Shown piece by piece: positions 50,996 to 64,000 of a DNA stretch of 64,000 nucleotides. Source of the stretch: Eledone cirrhosa. Taxonomy: Eukaryota. Location: assembly GCA_964016885.1 (NCBI GenBank), contig CAXHJY010001768.1:62001-126000 (forward strand), read 5' to 3'. The translations under genes and the position numbers were made by a program. Position 1 is the stretch's first letter; the number at the start of each line of letters is the position of its first letter. The notes under the pieces are model-generated. The model did no database searches and was not told the DNA's origin. It was given only the letters and a program-made list of their open reading frames with translations.

Positions 50996-51468
50996 CTGTT
51001 GTAAGACTTAGAATTAGCCACATTCACATCTATAGCACTGTCGGCCATCTTGGCTGACATTGTTGCATCATAAACATCACTAATAGCTAAACCAATTCCC
51101 AACATAGCACCACTACTACCACCATTTACACCTACATCGCCACTATTAACACCACTTCCACCACCTATACCACTACTATTAACACCACTACTAGCACCTA
51201 CACCACTGCCACCACCTACACCACCACTATTAACACCACTACCACCACCTACACCACTACCACCACCTACACCACTACCACCACCTACACCACTGCCACC
51301 ACCTACACCACTACCACCACCTACACCACTACCACCACCTACACCACTACCACCATCTACACCACCACTACTACCACCTACACCACTACCACCACCACCT
51401 ACACCACCACTATTAACACCACTACTACCACCTACACCACTACCACCACCTACACCACCTATAACAAC
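50996..51468 (-). CDS. Candidate internal exon (473 nt) of an unidentified host gene; Gly-rich (GVGGGS)n followed by unique sequence
   Basis: attaattcttgtag|GTT...AACAG|gtaaaa; open frame VVIGGVGGGSGV...SSGAMLGIGLAISDVYDATMSAKMADSAIDVNVANSKSYN; the frame closes immediately after the donor. Confidence 0.55.
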
Positions 51469-52215
51469 CTACAAGAATTAATGTAGTCTTAGATACCCAT
51501 GGAAAGAGAGGGTGACATCAAAATGATGGGGGAGTTAATCCAAAGCTGGTGGTGGAGGAAGTGGTGGTGGTGGTGATGATAGTGGTGGTGTGTGTGTGTG
51601 GGGGGGGGGTTATGGTGGTAGTAGTGGAAGTGGTAATGGTGGTAGTAGTGGGGGGGGGAGTGGAAATGGTGGTGGAAATGGTAGTGGCGGTGGTGATGGT
51701 GGGGGTGGTGGTGCAGAAGGGATCAGGTCTACCAGAAGACATGTGTACCTCTCTAACTCTCACTCTCACCACACTCTCTTTCTCTCACACATACATACAC
51801 ACACACATGTCCCTCTCTCATTCCTTCTTACACACACATATATACCCCTCCTCTCTCTTTTTCTCACACTCACACACACGTCTCTCTCTCTCTCTCACTC
51901 ACCCACACACTCATGTATCTCTCTCTTTCCTCAGACACACACTCATGTCTTTCTCCTTCTTACTTACACACTTATGTCTATCTATCTCTCACCCTCCTTC
52001 CACCACGACCCCTCTCCCCCCACTCCTACCTACATACCACAAATTGGAAAGAATTTTCTAGGAAGTAAGACAGAGACACAGAAAGGGAAATGGCTGATTC
52101 TTGTAACTACATGAGTGTATACACAAACACACATATATATATATATACACACACACACATATACACACACACATATAAACACACACACACACATATATAC
52201 ACACACACACACACA

Positions 52216-52285
<70 letters not shown>

Positions 52286-52710
52286 CACACACATATATAT
52301 ATACACACACATATATATATATACACACATATATATATACACACACATATATATATACACTCACATATATACACACACATATATATACACACACATATAT
52401 ACACACATATATATACACACATATATATATACACACATATATACACATACACACAAATATATAATTATACACACATAACATACACACAAACATATATATA
52501 CGTTTTTCTGTGTGTATGTGTGCATATACATATATATGTTTAGATGTGTATAAGTTTGTAAGAGATAGAGAGGAAGTAATTAATGACTGTGTGTGTGTGT
52601 GTTTAGACTTGTATATTTTCATGCAGTAACTGTAAGACAGCAAATGGTGATTCAGTATGTATGTGTGAGCGTTTTTCATGTGTGTGTGTGTGTGTGTGTG
52701 TGTAAACATA

Positions 52711-53040
52711 CAGTGGAACCTCGGTCCACAAACTTAATTCGTTTCTGAAGCCCGTTTGTCATTTGAAATGTTCGTAAACCGAAACAAATTTTCCCATATG
52801 AATGTTGAGAAATACAGTGAGGGAGAGAGAGACTGTGTGTGAAAGGCAGATAGATATCACCATAGTAACTAACTACACAGCCAGTGACACTTTCCTGCCA
52901 ATGCTCTCAGCTTGTTGCCAATCATTGTTGTCGGCTTGTGTATTCGTTACTCGAGACACTGTTCATGAACGAGATGATTTATATTCGGAAAAATAGTTCA
53001 TGAACCAATTTGTTGGTGATGAGAGACGTTGATAAAGCCA
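52711..53040. mobile_element. pogo/Tigger-type MITE fragment
   Basis: TA|CAGTGGAACCTCGG terminus; the right end is not found. Confidence 0.5.
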
Positions 53041-53445
53041 AAATACAGATCTGTATGAGCAAGACTTGTCTCATAATGTGACAACCCATCTAACCCATGC
53101 AAGCGAGGAAAATGGGCATTAATCAATGATGAGGGATCATCCTGATGAGAACCAGTTAAGTTCGAAATGATTCAACAATTGTCCCCCTTGCTTCTGTTGG
53201 ACACCACCAGAGGGTGATAGCCCTGGTGTTTTGCATAGCTTCGGCTTTCTAAATGTTTATCTATAAACATATCGTATTTCTTTAGAAATACGAAATTTCA
53301 ATACATATCTGTATACAGCTATGCATGAAGCTAAATCCTAATTCTATTCTATATATAGAATATATATTCTATCATACTCTGCTCTGTAAGAGCATAGAGT
53401 GCTCAACCAGCATACCGCCTATGGAAGCATCTTAGCAACCATCAG

Positions 53446-53476
<31 letters not shown>

Positions 53477-53764
53477 GTGCACTCAGTAAAGTGGTTGGTG
53501 ATAGGAAGGGTATTCAGCTGTAGAAAACCTGCCAAGCAGAAAGTCAGGAGGACTTGTCACCTGTGTAAAAGATATGATAAGCTCATCATTGGTGGTGTCA
53601 CAATAAAGTGCACTTGATAGAATATATGATTGTTTTATAAACAAGACATATGTGCCCCCCCCCCCCCTGCAAGAGCATACCGTAGAGTATGGGAATGTGC
53701 AAGATGCAGTCAGCACACCTGGTCCATCTGAGTACTGCTTCTGTGAGGACCCATGCACATGTGT

Positions 53765-56470
53765 ATCATCATCATCATCATCATCAACGTTTAACGTCCG
53801 TGTTCCACGCTTGCATGGGTTTGGACGGGGGTAGTCCCACTTGAGGCAAGAGTGATTGTCTTGCTCGCATAGGACTGTCTGGCAGGTTTTCTACAGTTGG
53901 ATGCCCTTCCTAACACCAACCACATTTACAGTGTGGGTCTGGGAGGTTTTTACCGTGTTGCCTACACGGCCACATTACAGCGTGGACTGTGTGTTTTTTT
54001 GTCGTGACACCTACACGATCTCATTTGTTTCGGCCTCGATGGCGCGGCACCAACATAACTTTACATAGAACGGGGTGGTGTGGATCGGGTGGGGGTGGTG
54101 GGACGGGGTGTATTTGTTAGAGATGCCTACTGGCTGGAGTAGGTTTTACTATATATTTAGGTAAGGCGGGTCTTCTCTGTTACTGAGTACCGCCAAAGGT
54201 CTCGGTCCAGTGACATTGTCTTGGAGAGGTGTAAGTGTGTGATGTCGGAGTTTATCAGCTCGTCCCAGGTTTTTCTAGGTCTGCCTATTCCGTGACTACC
54301 GTCTATCTTTATTGCCCTGCACTTTGTTATACAGCTATCGACTTTCATGCGCATCACGTGTCCATACCAACGTAGCCTTCTCTCGAGTAAACAACATCTG
54401 ATCCCTCTTATCTCTAATTTATTCCTTAGTTCGTTTATGCTTTGCCGTTCACGTATATTACTGTTACACATCCAGCGGAGCATGCAAGCTTCGTTCCTCT
54501 CTAGTCTGCGTATATCCTCTGCACACAATGCCCAGGTCTCACTGCCATGCAGCACTGCTGTTCGTATGCAGGCATCGTACAACCTGCCTTTCATTTTTAG
54601 TGAGAACCCTTTAGCAGCTAATAGTGGTATAAGCTCTCTGAACTTTTTCCAACCAGTTCTGACTCTAGCTACAGTACTTTCAGAGCACCCTCCCCCACTG
54701 CTGATTTTATCGCCCAGGTAACGGAAGCTGTCCACTATTTCTATAGAACCCTCTGCGCAATTGAAAGAGCTAGTAGTTTGTGGGCACTTGCTGCTACTTA
54801 TTGCACCAGAGCACCGGCCACATGTAAAATCTATGTTCTTAGTTAGCCTACCTGTGATCCCACTACATCTTTTATGCACCCATACTTTGCATTTAGGACA
54901 TAAAATGGAGTTTCTACCTACGCCTTTCCTACACACCGAGCACGACCATTTCCCAGAAGGGACCGCCGCCTTGTTTTCTTTCCTACAAACTAGTACTTTG
55001 GTCTTAGCCAGGTTAATTTTAAGTCCTTTTGACTCTAGGCCGTGCTTCCATGTTTGGAATTTCTTCTCTAGCTCGGCCATTGATTCCGCTATGAGTGTCA
55101 GGTCGTCTGCGTATAGGAGTTCCCATGGGCAGCCTGTCTTGAACTCCTCTGTTATGGCCTGAAGGGCAATAATAAATAGTAGTGGACTGAGAACAGAGCC
55201 CTGATGGACGCCGACTTTTACGCTAAACTCTTCACTATATTCGTTGTTAATTCTAACCTTGCTGACTGTTTCTTTATACATGGCTTGTATAGCCCTCACA
55301 AGCCATTCGTCAACGCCTAGTTTTCTAAGAGCCCACCAGATAATGGAGCGGGGGACTCTGTCGAAGGCTTTCTCCAAGTCGACAAAAGCTAAGTAGAGGG
55401 GTTTACCTTTAGCTAGGTACTTCTCTTGTAGTTGTCGTACTATGAAAAGAGCGTCTGTGGTACTTTTGCCTGACACAAACCCGAACTGCATTTCATCTAG
55501 GTCAATTCTCTCTCTGATTAGTTGCGCTATTACTCTTTCCGTGACCTTCATGACCTGGTCGATTAATTTAATGCCTCTATAGTTACTCCTATCTAGGGCG
55601 TCTCCTTTACCCTTATAACAGTTAACGATGATGCTGCTATGCCAGTCCTTCGGAACAACCCCGTTTTGTACGACTTGGTTAACTATGCGGGTGACCATGG
55701 TGTGTCCCACCGTGCCAGATGCCTTCAGCATCTCAGCAACTATTTCCGAAGGCCCAGCCGCCTTACCAGTCTTCATATCCTTGATTGCCTTACTTATTAT
55801 ACTCCCCTCGACTAACACTGCTGGTCCCTCTATTGGGTCGATATGGGGGAGACTGCCTTTCTCCCAATTATTCTCCTCATTTAGAAGCCTTTCATAGTGA
55901 CACTTCCAAGCTACCTTCTTATCAGCGTCGGTGATGGCAAGTGTGCCATCGTCGTTTAGTACACACTTCTCCCCGACAATATCACGGTTTTCCTTGACGC
56001 ATTGCCTAGCAATCCTGAACACCTCACGTTTTTGGTCATCGCGTTGTAGAACATGCTTGAACTTTCTTTCCTCAGCTTCCCTTCTTGCTAAGTACACTTG
56101 TCTCCTAGCTTCCCTCCTGGCCACTTGATAGTCCTCTCTACTTCCCCCATCCCGCCATACTTTCCAAGCCTGCTTTTTGGCCTTAATTGACCCCTCCACC
56201 TTACTGTTCCACCACCATGTTACTCTCCTCCTGCCTACAGGCCTGCTCCAGCCACAGACCTCGTCTGTCGCCAACAGCAGGTTTGCTTTCAGAAATTCCC
56301 ACTCTCCCTCTATATTGTCCGACTCTAAATGTTCTTCCTTACTGTCGAAAGCATCAAGTAATATGCTTTGAAATTTATTCCTGGCTGTGGGGTCCTTTAG
56401 CTTCCATATTTTCCTCCTGAGGATAGTCCTCTTCTGTTGTCGAGTACGTCTCGTCCTGACTATGAGGTCG

Positions 56471-56472
<2 letters not shown>
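53765..56472 (-). mobile_element. 5'-truncated RTE, subfamily 2 (open frame 54157-56472: linker, RT, PHD-like finger)
   Basis: YADD; colinear with the 1039-aa ORF but clearly diverged, with a different 3' UTR; the 5' junction abuts (TA)n. Confidence 0.96.
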
Positions 56473-56508
<36 letters not shown>

Positions 56509-56512
56509 GCGC

Positions 56513-56543
<31 letters not shown>

Positions 56544-56552
56544 CACATGCGC

Positions 56553-56583
<31 letters not shown>

Positions 56584-56692
56584 CACACACACATATATAT
56601 ATATATATACACACACACATATATATATATATATATACACACACATATATATATATATATATATACACACACATATATATATATATATATAT

Positions 56693-56765
<73 letters not shown>

Positions 56766-56867
56766 AGTACATATTATACACATATACATTCACTAGACTA
56801 GAATTATTTCACTCATACAAATGAAACAGTTCTAGTCCTGTAGAAGTCACTTCTATATAGAATAAAG

Positions 56868-56915
<48 letters not shown>

Positions 56916-57419
56916 TATATAGGCAAACAGAAATATCAAAGCAAACAACACAGTACAATGAAGAAATATATTAATTTCACACTTGATATAGGAAAAGAGT
57001 CTTAATGTTTCATATATATATATATATAAATATAAACACACACATATATGTACTTATACAGATATACATATACATATATATATGTATGTACGTGATGGGA
57101 GGATGTTGGAAGAGAATGTTGGTGACTATGTAAATAGGTGCATGTATGTCATTCGATAAGTGTGTGTATTAAATATTACATCTGACCCCACAGCTCAACC
57201 GCCCACGTCTGCTTTCCTGTATGGTCTCATACATGCACACACACACACATGTATATATACACAAAATCTATATATATTACATATACATATATAAACATGG
57301 ACATACATATATATGCATACATACAATCTATATATATATTACATATATAAACATGAGCATACACACACACACATTATATATATATATATATATGATGATG
57401 ATAACATCCAGTCCTAAAT

Positions 57420-58375
57420 AAATGAGGTCGTGTAGGTGTCACGACAAAAAAACACACAGTCCACGCTGTAAAGTGGCCATGTAGGTAACACTGTAAAAAC
57501 CTCCCAGTCCACATGTAGTTGGTGTTAGGAATGGCATCCAGCCGTAGAAAACCTGCCAGTCCTATACGAGCGAGACGACCAATCTTGCTTCAAGTGGGAC
57601 AATTCCCGTCTAAACCCATGCTAGCGTGGAAGATAGACGTTAAAGGACGATGATGATGATGGTATATCATCATCACCGTTTTACGTTCGTTCTTCCACGC
57701 TAGCATGGGTTAGACGGGTTGTCCTGTTGTGGGCAGTGTCCGGTCGGCTGACCTTGTCTTGCTCATTCGGGAACTGATTCTGGCTTGATGTCTACAGCTG
57801 GATGCCCTTCCTAACACCAACCTCATTTACAGTGAGTGCTGGGTGCTTTTTTTCCATGGCGCCTACACGTCCACTTTACAGTGTGGGCTGGGTGCTTTTA
57901 TGCTGTGGCACCTCCACGACCACTTTGCAGTGGGAGGGTGTGGGGGCATATTGTCTATATATATGTATATATATATATCATCCCCGTTTTACGTTCATTC
58001 TTCCATGCTAGCATGGGTTAGATGGATTGTCCTATTGTGGGCAATGCCAGGTGGGGTGACCTCAAACAGGAACTGATTTTGGCTTGATTTCTACAGCTGG
58101 ATTCCCAACCTAAGACCAACCTCATTTACAGTGAGTACTGGGTGCTTTTTTGTCCTGACACCTCCACGACCACTTTGCAGTAGGAGGGGGTGGGGCATAT
58201 TGTCTATATGCTTCAGCTTCGGCTATATATATATCAACATCTTATTAATAACTGCATTCAGTACCTGTATGGGCAAGACAAGGTCAGCCGACTGGACACT
58301 GCCCACAACAGGACACCCGTCTAACCCATGCTAGCGTGGAAGTACAGACGTAACAGTGATGATGAAGATGATGAT
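57420..58375. mobile_element. Cluster of four RTE 3'-UTR fragments in mixed orientation
   Basis: 57420-57660 (+), 57666-57958 (-), 57978-58222 (-), 58262-58375 (+). Confidence 0.85.
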
Positions 58376-58874
58376 TATTCCTTTCCATGAGAGTCTCCTG
58401 GTCACGCTATGAACTTCTCAGCCAACCCTTAAATACATATATACAGATGTATACACACCTACACAGACATGCCATATTAGGTGTGTGTGAGTATGTGTGG
58501 GTGTATATATATATATATAATGAGTGTGTGTGGGGGGGGGGGGGGGGGGGCAATATTAAACTGTTTCAATGGCCATCTAGATAATATTCTATCTGGCCAT
58601 TAACCCAGTTTAGTCTGTGCCAGTTTTTCATCAGAGGTACTGGTCACCTTGGTGGGCCAGAGGACCACGTTGCATATATGTTCAATTTCTTTTATCATAA
58701 TTTTTATGGCTGGATACCCTTCCTATCACTAACCACAAAACCTCCAGCTGTAGAAATTAAGCCAGAATCAGTTCTGTATGAGCAAGACACAGTCATCTGA
58801 TCTGGCTTGTCTCACAACAACACCACTCATCAAACGCATGTTAGCGTGGGAAATGGATGTTAAATAGTGATAAT

Positions 58875-59066
58875 TATTGTTTCTACTTTTGGCACAAGGC
58901 CAGCAATTATCTCAGTACATTACTGGTACTTTATTTTATCGACCCCGTAAGGATGAAAGGCAAAGTTAACCTCGGCAGGATTTGAACTCAGACCATAAAG
59001 GGCCGCAACTCTTTACTGCAGAACATGGCGTCCGACCCTCTACTGATACTGCCAATCCACCGCCCT
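58875..59066 (-). mobile_element. tRNA-derived SINE (family S1)
   Basis: Reverse-complement homology to 9208-9391. Confidence 0.85.
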
Positions 59067-59100
59067 TTATGGTGATAATGGTGATAATAATGATGATGAT

Positions 59101-59437
59101 TATGATGGGTAGGCTGAAAAGTTCATAGGCTGACTATGAAGGAGTGGTGCTAGAGCTGTGAAATCTTGCATGCATTAATTTCATCTCATAACAGCATTGT
59201 TTCTTTCCAGGGACTATGCTGAAAAATATACCTCATTTGGTTATTCCATGAGAGTATCTTGATCAGCCTATAAAGGAGTGATGCTAGAGCTGTGAAATCT
59301 TGCATGCATTAATTTCAACTCTTCTTATCAATAACTGCATTGTTTCTTTCCAGGGATTATCTTGAAAAATAAACCTCATTTGGTCATTCCATGAGAGTAT
59401 CTTGGTCAGCCTATGAACCTTTCAGCTGCCTCCCCTA
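59101..59437. mobile_element. Mariner-type MITE with duplicated internal unit
   Basis: Homologous to 9407-9749; TIRs GGCTGAAAAGTTCATAGGCTGAC / GTCAGCCTATGAACCTTTCAGC. Confidence 0.75.
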
Positions 59438-59876
59438 TGTGTGTATATGTGTGCATGCATACAGCCAAACATGTGTATGATTACACACAGCTTCACATTG
59501 ACTAAGGATTGCTGCTATCCACCCACACAGAAACCCATGTGATACCAGAGTATGGATGTAATTATGCAGTTACCTACATACATGAATACATAAACACATG
59601 TATATCTACTCACATGCATATATGTAGGTATGTATATATATATATATATCATAAATTATGTCCATAGAATCATTTGATAAAATATATACACTATTTCCTC
59701 TCCCAATTAGCATAATTAACCACATAAAAAATCAATTAGACCAGGCTATATATATATATATATATATTTTCATACATACATGTGTGTTTATATATACGTG
59801 TGTGTGTATATGTGTAAATATGTGTGTGTATATATGCGTGTATATATATATATATATGTGTGTATATATATATACA

Positions 59877-59922
<46 letters not shown>

Positions 59923-60109
59923 CATGTGTGTATATATATATATATATGTATGTGTATATGTATATATATATGAGTGAGTATATATATATACACTCCCACA
60001 CATTTTAATGATACCAATTTGTTTGTATGTATCAGTCATGCCTGGCATGTGTGAGTGTATATATGTGTGTATGTATATATGTATATATGTGTGTATGTTG
60101 TGTAGTAAA

Positions 60110-61160
60110 CACATGTTCCAAAAATAAACAAAAACATCAAGCCCTAGTTAAATAGATTTTAGTGCTTCTATGTAAAATTATTCCTGCTTTTAATTAATGG
60201 AAGGTAACGAGTCAACATGGCCTTCTCCTGTTATCTTTACCTACAGCTGAATAACTTGGATAATTACTACATATTGGCACTGCTTTGAGGAAATATGAAG
60301 CGATGACAGGAGTGAAAATTAACCAGGAGAAGTCGGTAGGCTTGCAGCTCGGCCTCTCCCTGCCATCCAACAGCATCTTTGGGCATTGGACGAAAAATAC
60401 GAGGCAATGAGTTGGGTGGCTACTTTAAACAAGAAATGGGACGAGAAGAAACCCTGAAAGGTTGGGCAGAGGTAGTAAACATGTACATTGTGTCCATTAT
60501 CTACAACTGCTTGACTGTCATATCTCGTCCTAGTCTCAGTCTAACTGCACTGAAGTGTTTACTCTTTTGCTTCTTGTGGAAGGGATGCATTCCGATGGTC
60601 AAGCGGTCCATTTGCTGTCAATTCATCCTACATGGAGGACTGGGAATGCCCTGGCTGATGATGCATAGACAAGCACTCAGGCTACATCCTCAGCTTTACC
60701 TCGACAGTAAACAGGTATGGTTGTCATTCATCTCATTGACAAAACTGCATCCCTGGGTCAAGCGAAGCCCAAGAGCGAGTGCTTAAAAACTGCAATGTCT
60801 TCAAGTGCTCACAACCCTCTGTCAACCAGACAGTATGATAGGTGAAAACTCCACCATAGCATTCTATAGAGTGTTAGTTGTGGGTAAAAGTGATGATGTT
60901 CGTGGGGAGACTCTGGGTGTCACCAAAAATAAACTAACCACTCTTAACCAGAGGATTTTTAAGTTCAGAGCCCATGAATAACTTCCAGAAATTCCCGGCT
61001 TCGCAGTGCTACCATAGAACATTGCCAGTTTGAGATAAAGGCATGTAAGTGCTGTCAGCAGGGCCTGTTCAAAATCCATGCAGCTGAGTCCATCGTGAAG
61101 ATCACCCTCAACCTTCCTTTAGCTAGGAAGAGCAGGCTGTTTTTTTTCTGCCTGGTGACC
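60110..61160 (+). pseudogene. Decayed L1/Tx1-clade LINE ORF2 fragment
   Basis: YEAMTGVKINQEKS (post-RT) and LFCFLWKG...VKRSIC...HGGLGMP motifs; frameshifted. Confidence 0.6.
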
Positions 61161-61971
61161 ATGTGAAAAGAAGTCATGATTGGCACGGCATTTCTCTCCT
61201 TGACTGAACAGTTAGAAAAGGTAAGAGAAAAGAAAAATATTGGTTTATTTTAGGGTTATTTATTACAACTGGTTGAAGAAATACTTTGCCAAGCTCTGAC
61301 TCAAAATGGTTAGATGCAAACATCCTAGAGGGATCTGATCTTCAGTTGAATCTAAAACACAGCCAGCCACCTCACCTAATGCCTACCCTGCTGCAGCTGT
61401 TGATGATGATGTTGGTCATCGTTGTGGTAGTCATCATGTTGTGACATACCAACATTGGTTAGGTAGCAGACTGTGACCTGTCAGATGTCAACAGATTCTC
61501 TCCTGGACAATTTATCATTTATTCAGCTCCACTGATTTCATTATCAACAACAAAAACAACTATAGCATCAGCAACAGTACCTATATCATCATCATCATCA
61601 ACAACAACAACAACACATATACCATCATCAGTACCTATACCTCCACCAACATCAACACCACCACAAACACTGACACCACCACCAACACCACCACCAATAC
61701 CACCACTACCAACACCACCAAAAACAACACCATCAGTATCAATACCATCATAATCATTGTTGCCACCATCTAGCAATATCATCATCATCATTTTCGTAAT
61801 TTATCACGGTTAGGTGAACTCTACCTCACTGTGGTACCTACTTTATCCAATTTTCTCAACTATTATTTACAGAGATCAACTATTATTATGATCAATGTTG
61901 TTGGGATGTGCACATTTACAGTCTTATATTAATTTAACATTATTTAATATATTTTATCTTTTAAATCAACT

Positions 61972-62420
61972 TTAACCCCTTAGTTACCAACCCAGTCAAA
62001 ACTGGCTCTGGTTCTATGACATAAAACCACCCATCTTAAAGGTTTCCAATTTAAATTAAAATCTTCCAGCATAATTTTATATAAGAACCTTACATTAAGT
62101 TACTATCTTATAGGGCAGTGGATTAGCAGTATCAGTAGAGCGTCAGACAACATGCTTTGCGGCATAGAGTTACGGCCCTTTACGTGCTGAGTTCAAATCC
62201 TGCCAAGGTTAATTTTGCCTTTCATCCTCACAGGGTCGATAAAATAAAGCACCAGTAATGTACTGGGGTAATTGCTGGCCTTATGCCAAAAGTAGAAACA
62301 ATTAAGTTACTATCTTAGTAATGGAATAATAATTTTAGTAAATCCCTCAAAATTCTCTTCTTCATTAAATTAATTAAAATCAAGTGTGCTTCATTAGAAA
62401 TGTGGCCATGGAAGGGTTAA
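61972..62420. mobile_element. piggyBac-type MITE family A, copy 2, with an S1 SINE (62111-62300) at the same site as in copy 1
   Basis: TTAACCCCTT...AAGGGTTAA; TSD ATTAAGTTACTATCTTA at 62094-62110 and 62301-62317. Confidence 0.8.
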
Positions 62421-62754
62421 GGAAATATCTTGCAAAAAACAGTGTAAATAATTTCAAAGAATTTTTCAAGCTAAAATCAATTTCCCGACTGGAATCCACA
62501 AATTTCCTTCCCCACCCTAAAGAGACCCCCACCCCACTCCCTGCCTCATCCACCCTGAAAGATAACTGCATTTCCTCTAGGTTAAGAATTTTAAATTTAA
62601 GTAGTGAATGATGATGGCAGTGGTAATAGTAGTGTTGGTAGTAATAATTGTGATAGTGGTGGTGTAGTGGTGGTGTTAAAATGGTAGCAGAGATGATGTA
62701 GTGAGAAGGTGGTGTTGGTAGCGGGGAGGGGGGTAATACAAATATCGGTGATGC

Positions 62755-62796
<42 letters not shown>

Positions 62797-64000
62797 CAGC
62801 AGTAGTAATGGTGATAATGGTTGTAGTAGTGATGATTGTTGTAGTAGTAGTGGTGGTGGTGGTGATAGTGATGACAATAGTGGTGGTGGTATTGATAGTT
62901 GGAATAACAGCAGAAGAGAAGATGGTGGCTGTAGTGGTGGTAACAACAGTATTGGAGATGGTGATGATGGTATTGGAGATGATGATGATGGTGATGATAA
63001 TATTGATGATGATGGTAAAAAAACATGGCAGTAATAGTAATGATGTTGACAGTAAGTTATGGTGATGAGTTCAATGATGATAATGATATCACAATACAAA
63101 ACAACCTAATGGAAAGATATGAAAAGTCAGACATGTCACCATGTTGTTTTGTCTGGCTGCATTCTATATTATAGAACCTGGTGCAATAGAGTGAAACACA
63201 GAGTGGCTGATGGTTAGGGGTTGTGTGGGTCCCTATAAATTCCCTGTTATTGCGACATTTTCTTCATGTCATGTTGTCCTGTTTATGTCTAAATTAGAAA
63301 ACTGTTACAATCTGTTACTATCTTCTCCCTTACCCATTATGATATTACATAATCTCCAAGAAATGTTATGCTTTATTCTTTGTGTCATGTTGTCCCTCAT
63401 TTAAGTCATAAGACCCTTTATATTCTTCAAAATAAATATTTTCTGCTATTGTTTTATTACACCTTATAACAATATGATACCCTAAACCGTTTTAATGCCA
63501 CTGGCACTACTATTTGAGGGTGTTGAAACCACAAGAATCTCTGGTAGACAGTTGAAGAATGGGGGGGGGGGTCAGTTTTTATTTTGGATGTCTATTTTCA
63601 CTTTTCCTGTACATTCCCATGGCAAATCTGTCCTAATGGATTCCCTAAGTCGTAATGAAGGCAACCTGCCTAGGAGAGTAGACACTCTGAATAAAAACTG
63701 ATATAGAGTGGCAAGGACTCTCAATCCCAGTAAGACAACCTCTCTAGTGCAGGTGGCATGGATAATGCACCCAGTCCATGCTGTAAAGTGGTTGATGATA
63801 GGAAGGGCATCCAGCCAGAAAAAATCCTGCCAAAATTATGGAAAGTACAATGAATATATATATAACCCATACCTATTAAACCCATGCTAGCATGGAAAAT
63901 GGATGTTAAACGATGATGATGATGATGATGATGATATATATATATATATATATATATATAGATAGATGAGGAAACTAGAGAGGCATCAAGTTGATGGACA

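Noticed and set aside
56473-56793. N-terminal extension of the 878-aa ORF; likewise 32300-32373 of the 538-aa ORF
   Set aside because: Read-through into microsatellite or maT flank beyond the RTE truncation point; not a true fusion protein.
61519-63099. Gly/Val- or Pro/Ser/Thr-rich ORFs (61519-61791, 62380-63099)
   Set aside because: Degenerate trinucleotide tracts open on both strands, without a convincing pair of splice sites.

Overview
Eukaryotic, repeat-saturated, probably intronic DNA. The repeat repertoire (RTE LINEs with (GAT)n tails, tRNA-derived SINEs, dense (TA)n/(CA)n tracts) suggests a coleoid cephalopod such as an octopus; this is inference, not a database result. Contents: (i) a ~15 kb 27-bp satellite (11.7-26.6 kb) that produces multi-thousand-residue ORFs, probably artefactual; (ii) a 49-bp minisatellite; (iii) an apparently intact, very young RTE retrotransposon (APE + RT, 1039 aa) with several truncated sister copies and partner SINEs; (iv) a decayed DD37D/maT transposon, piggyBac-type and mariner-type MITEs, a non-autonomous Helitron, an L1/Tx1-like relic, and Penelope-like hammerhead and fold-back elements; (v) sparse candidate exons of a minus-strand host gene. 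The most notable observation is a C4HC3 PHD-type zinc finger inserted inside the reverse-transcriptase domain of the RTE, retained in two diverged subfamilies. Next are recurrent fold-back elements built on hammerhead-ribozyme half-cores, a SINE travelling inside a DNA MITE, and a recursive-splice-like AG|GTAAG site. All coordinates and counts were read by eye.
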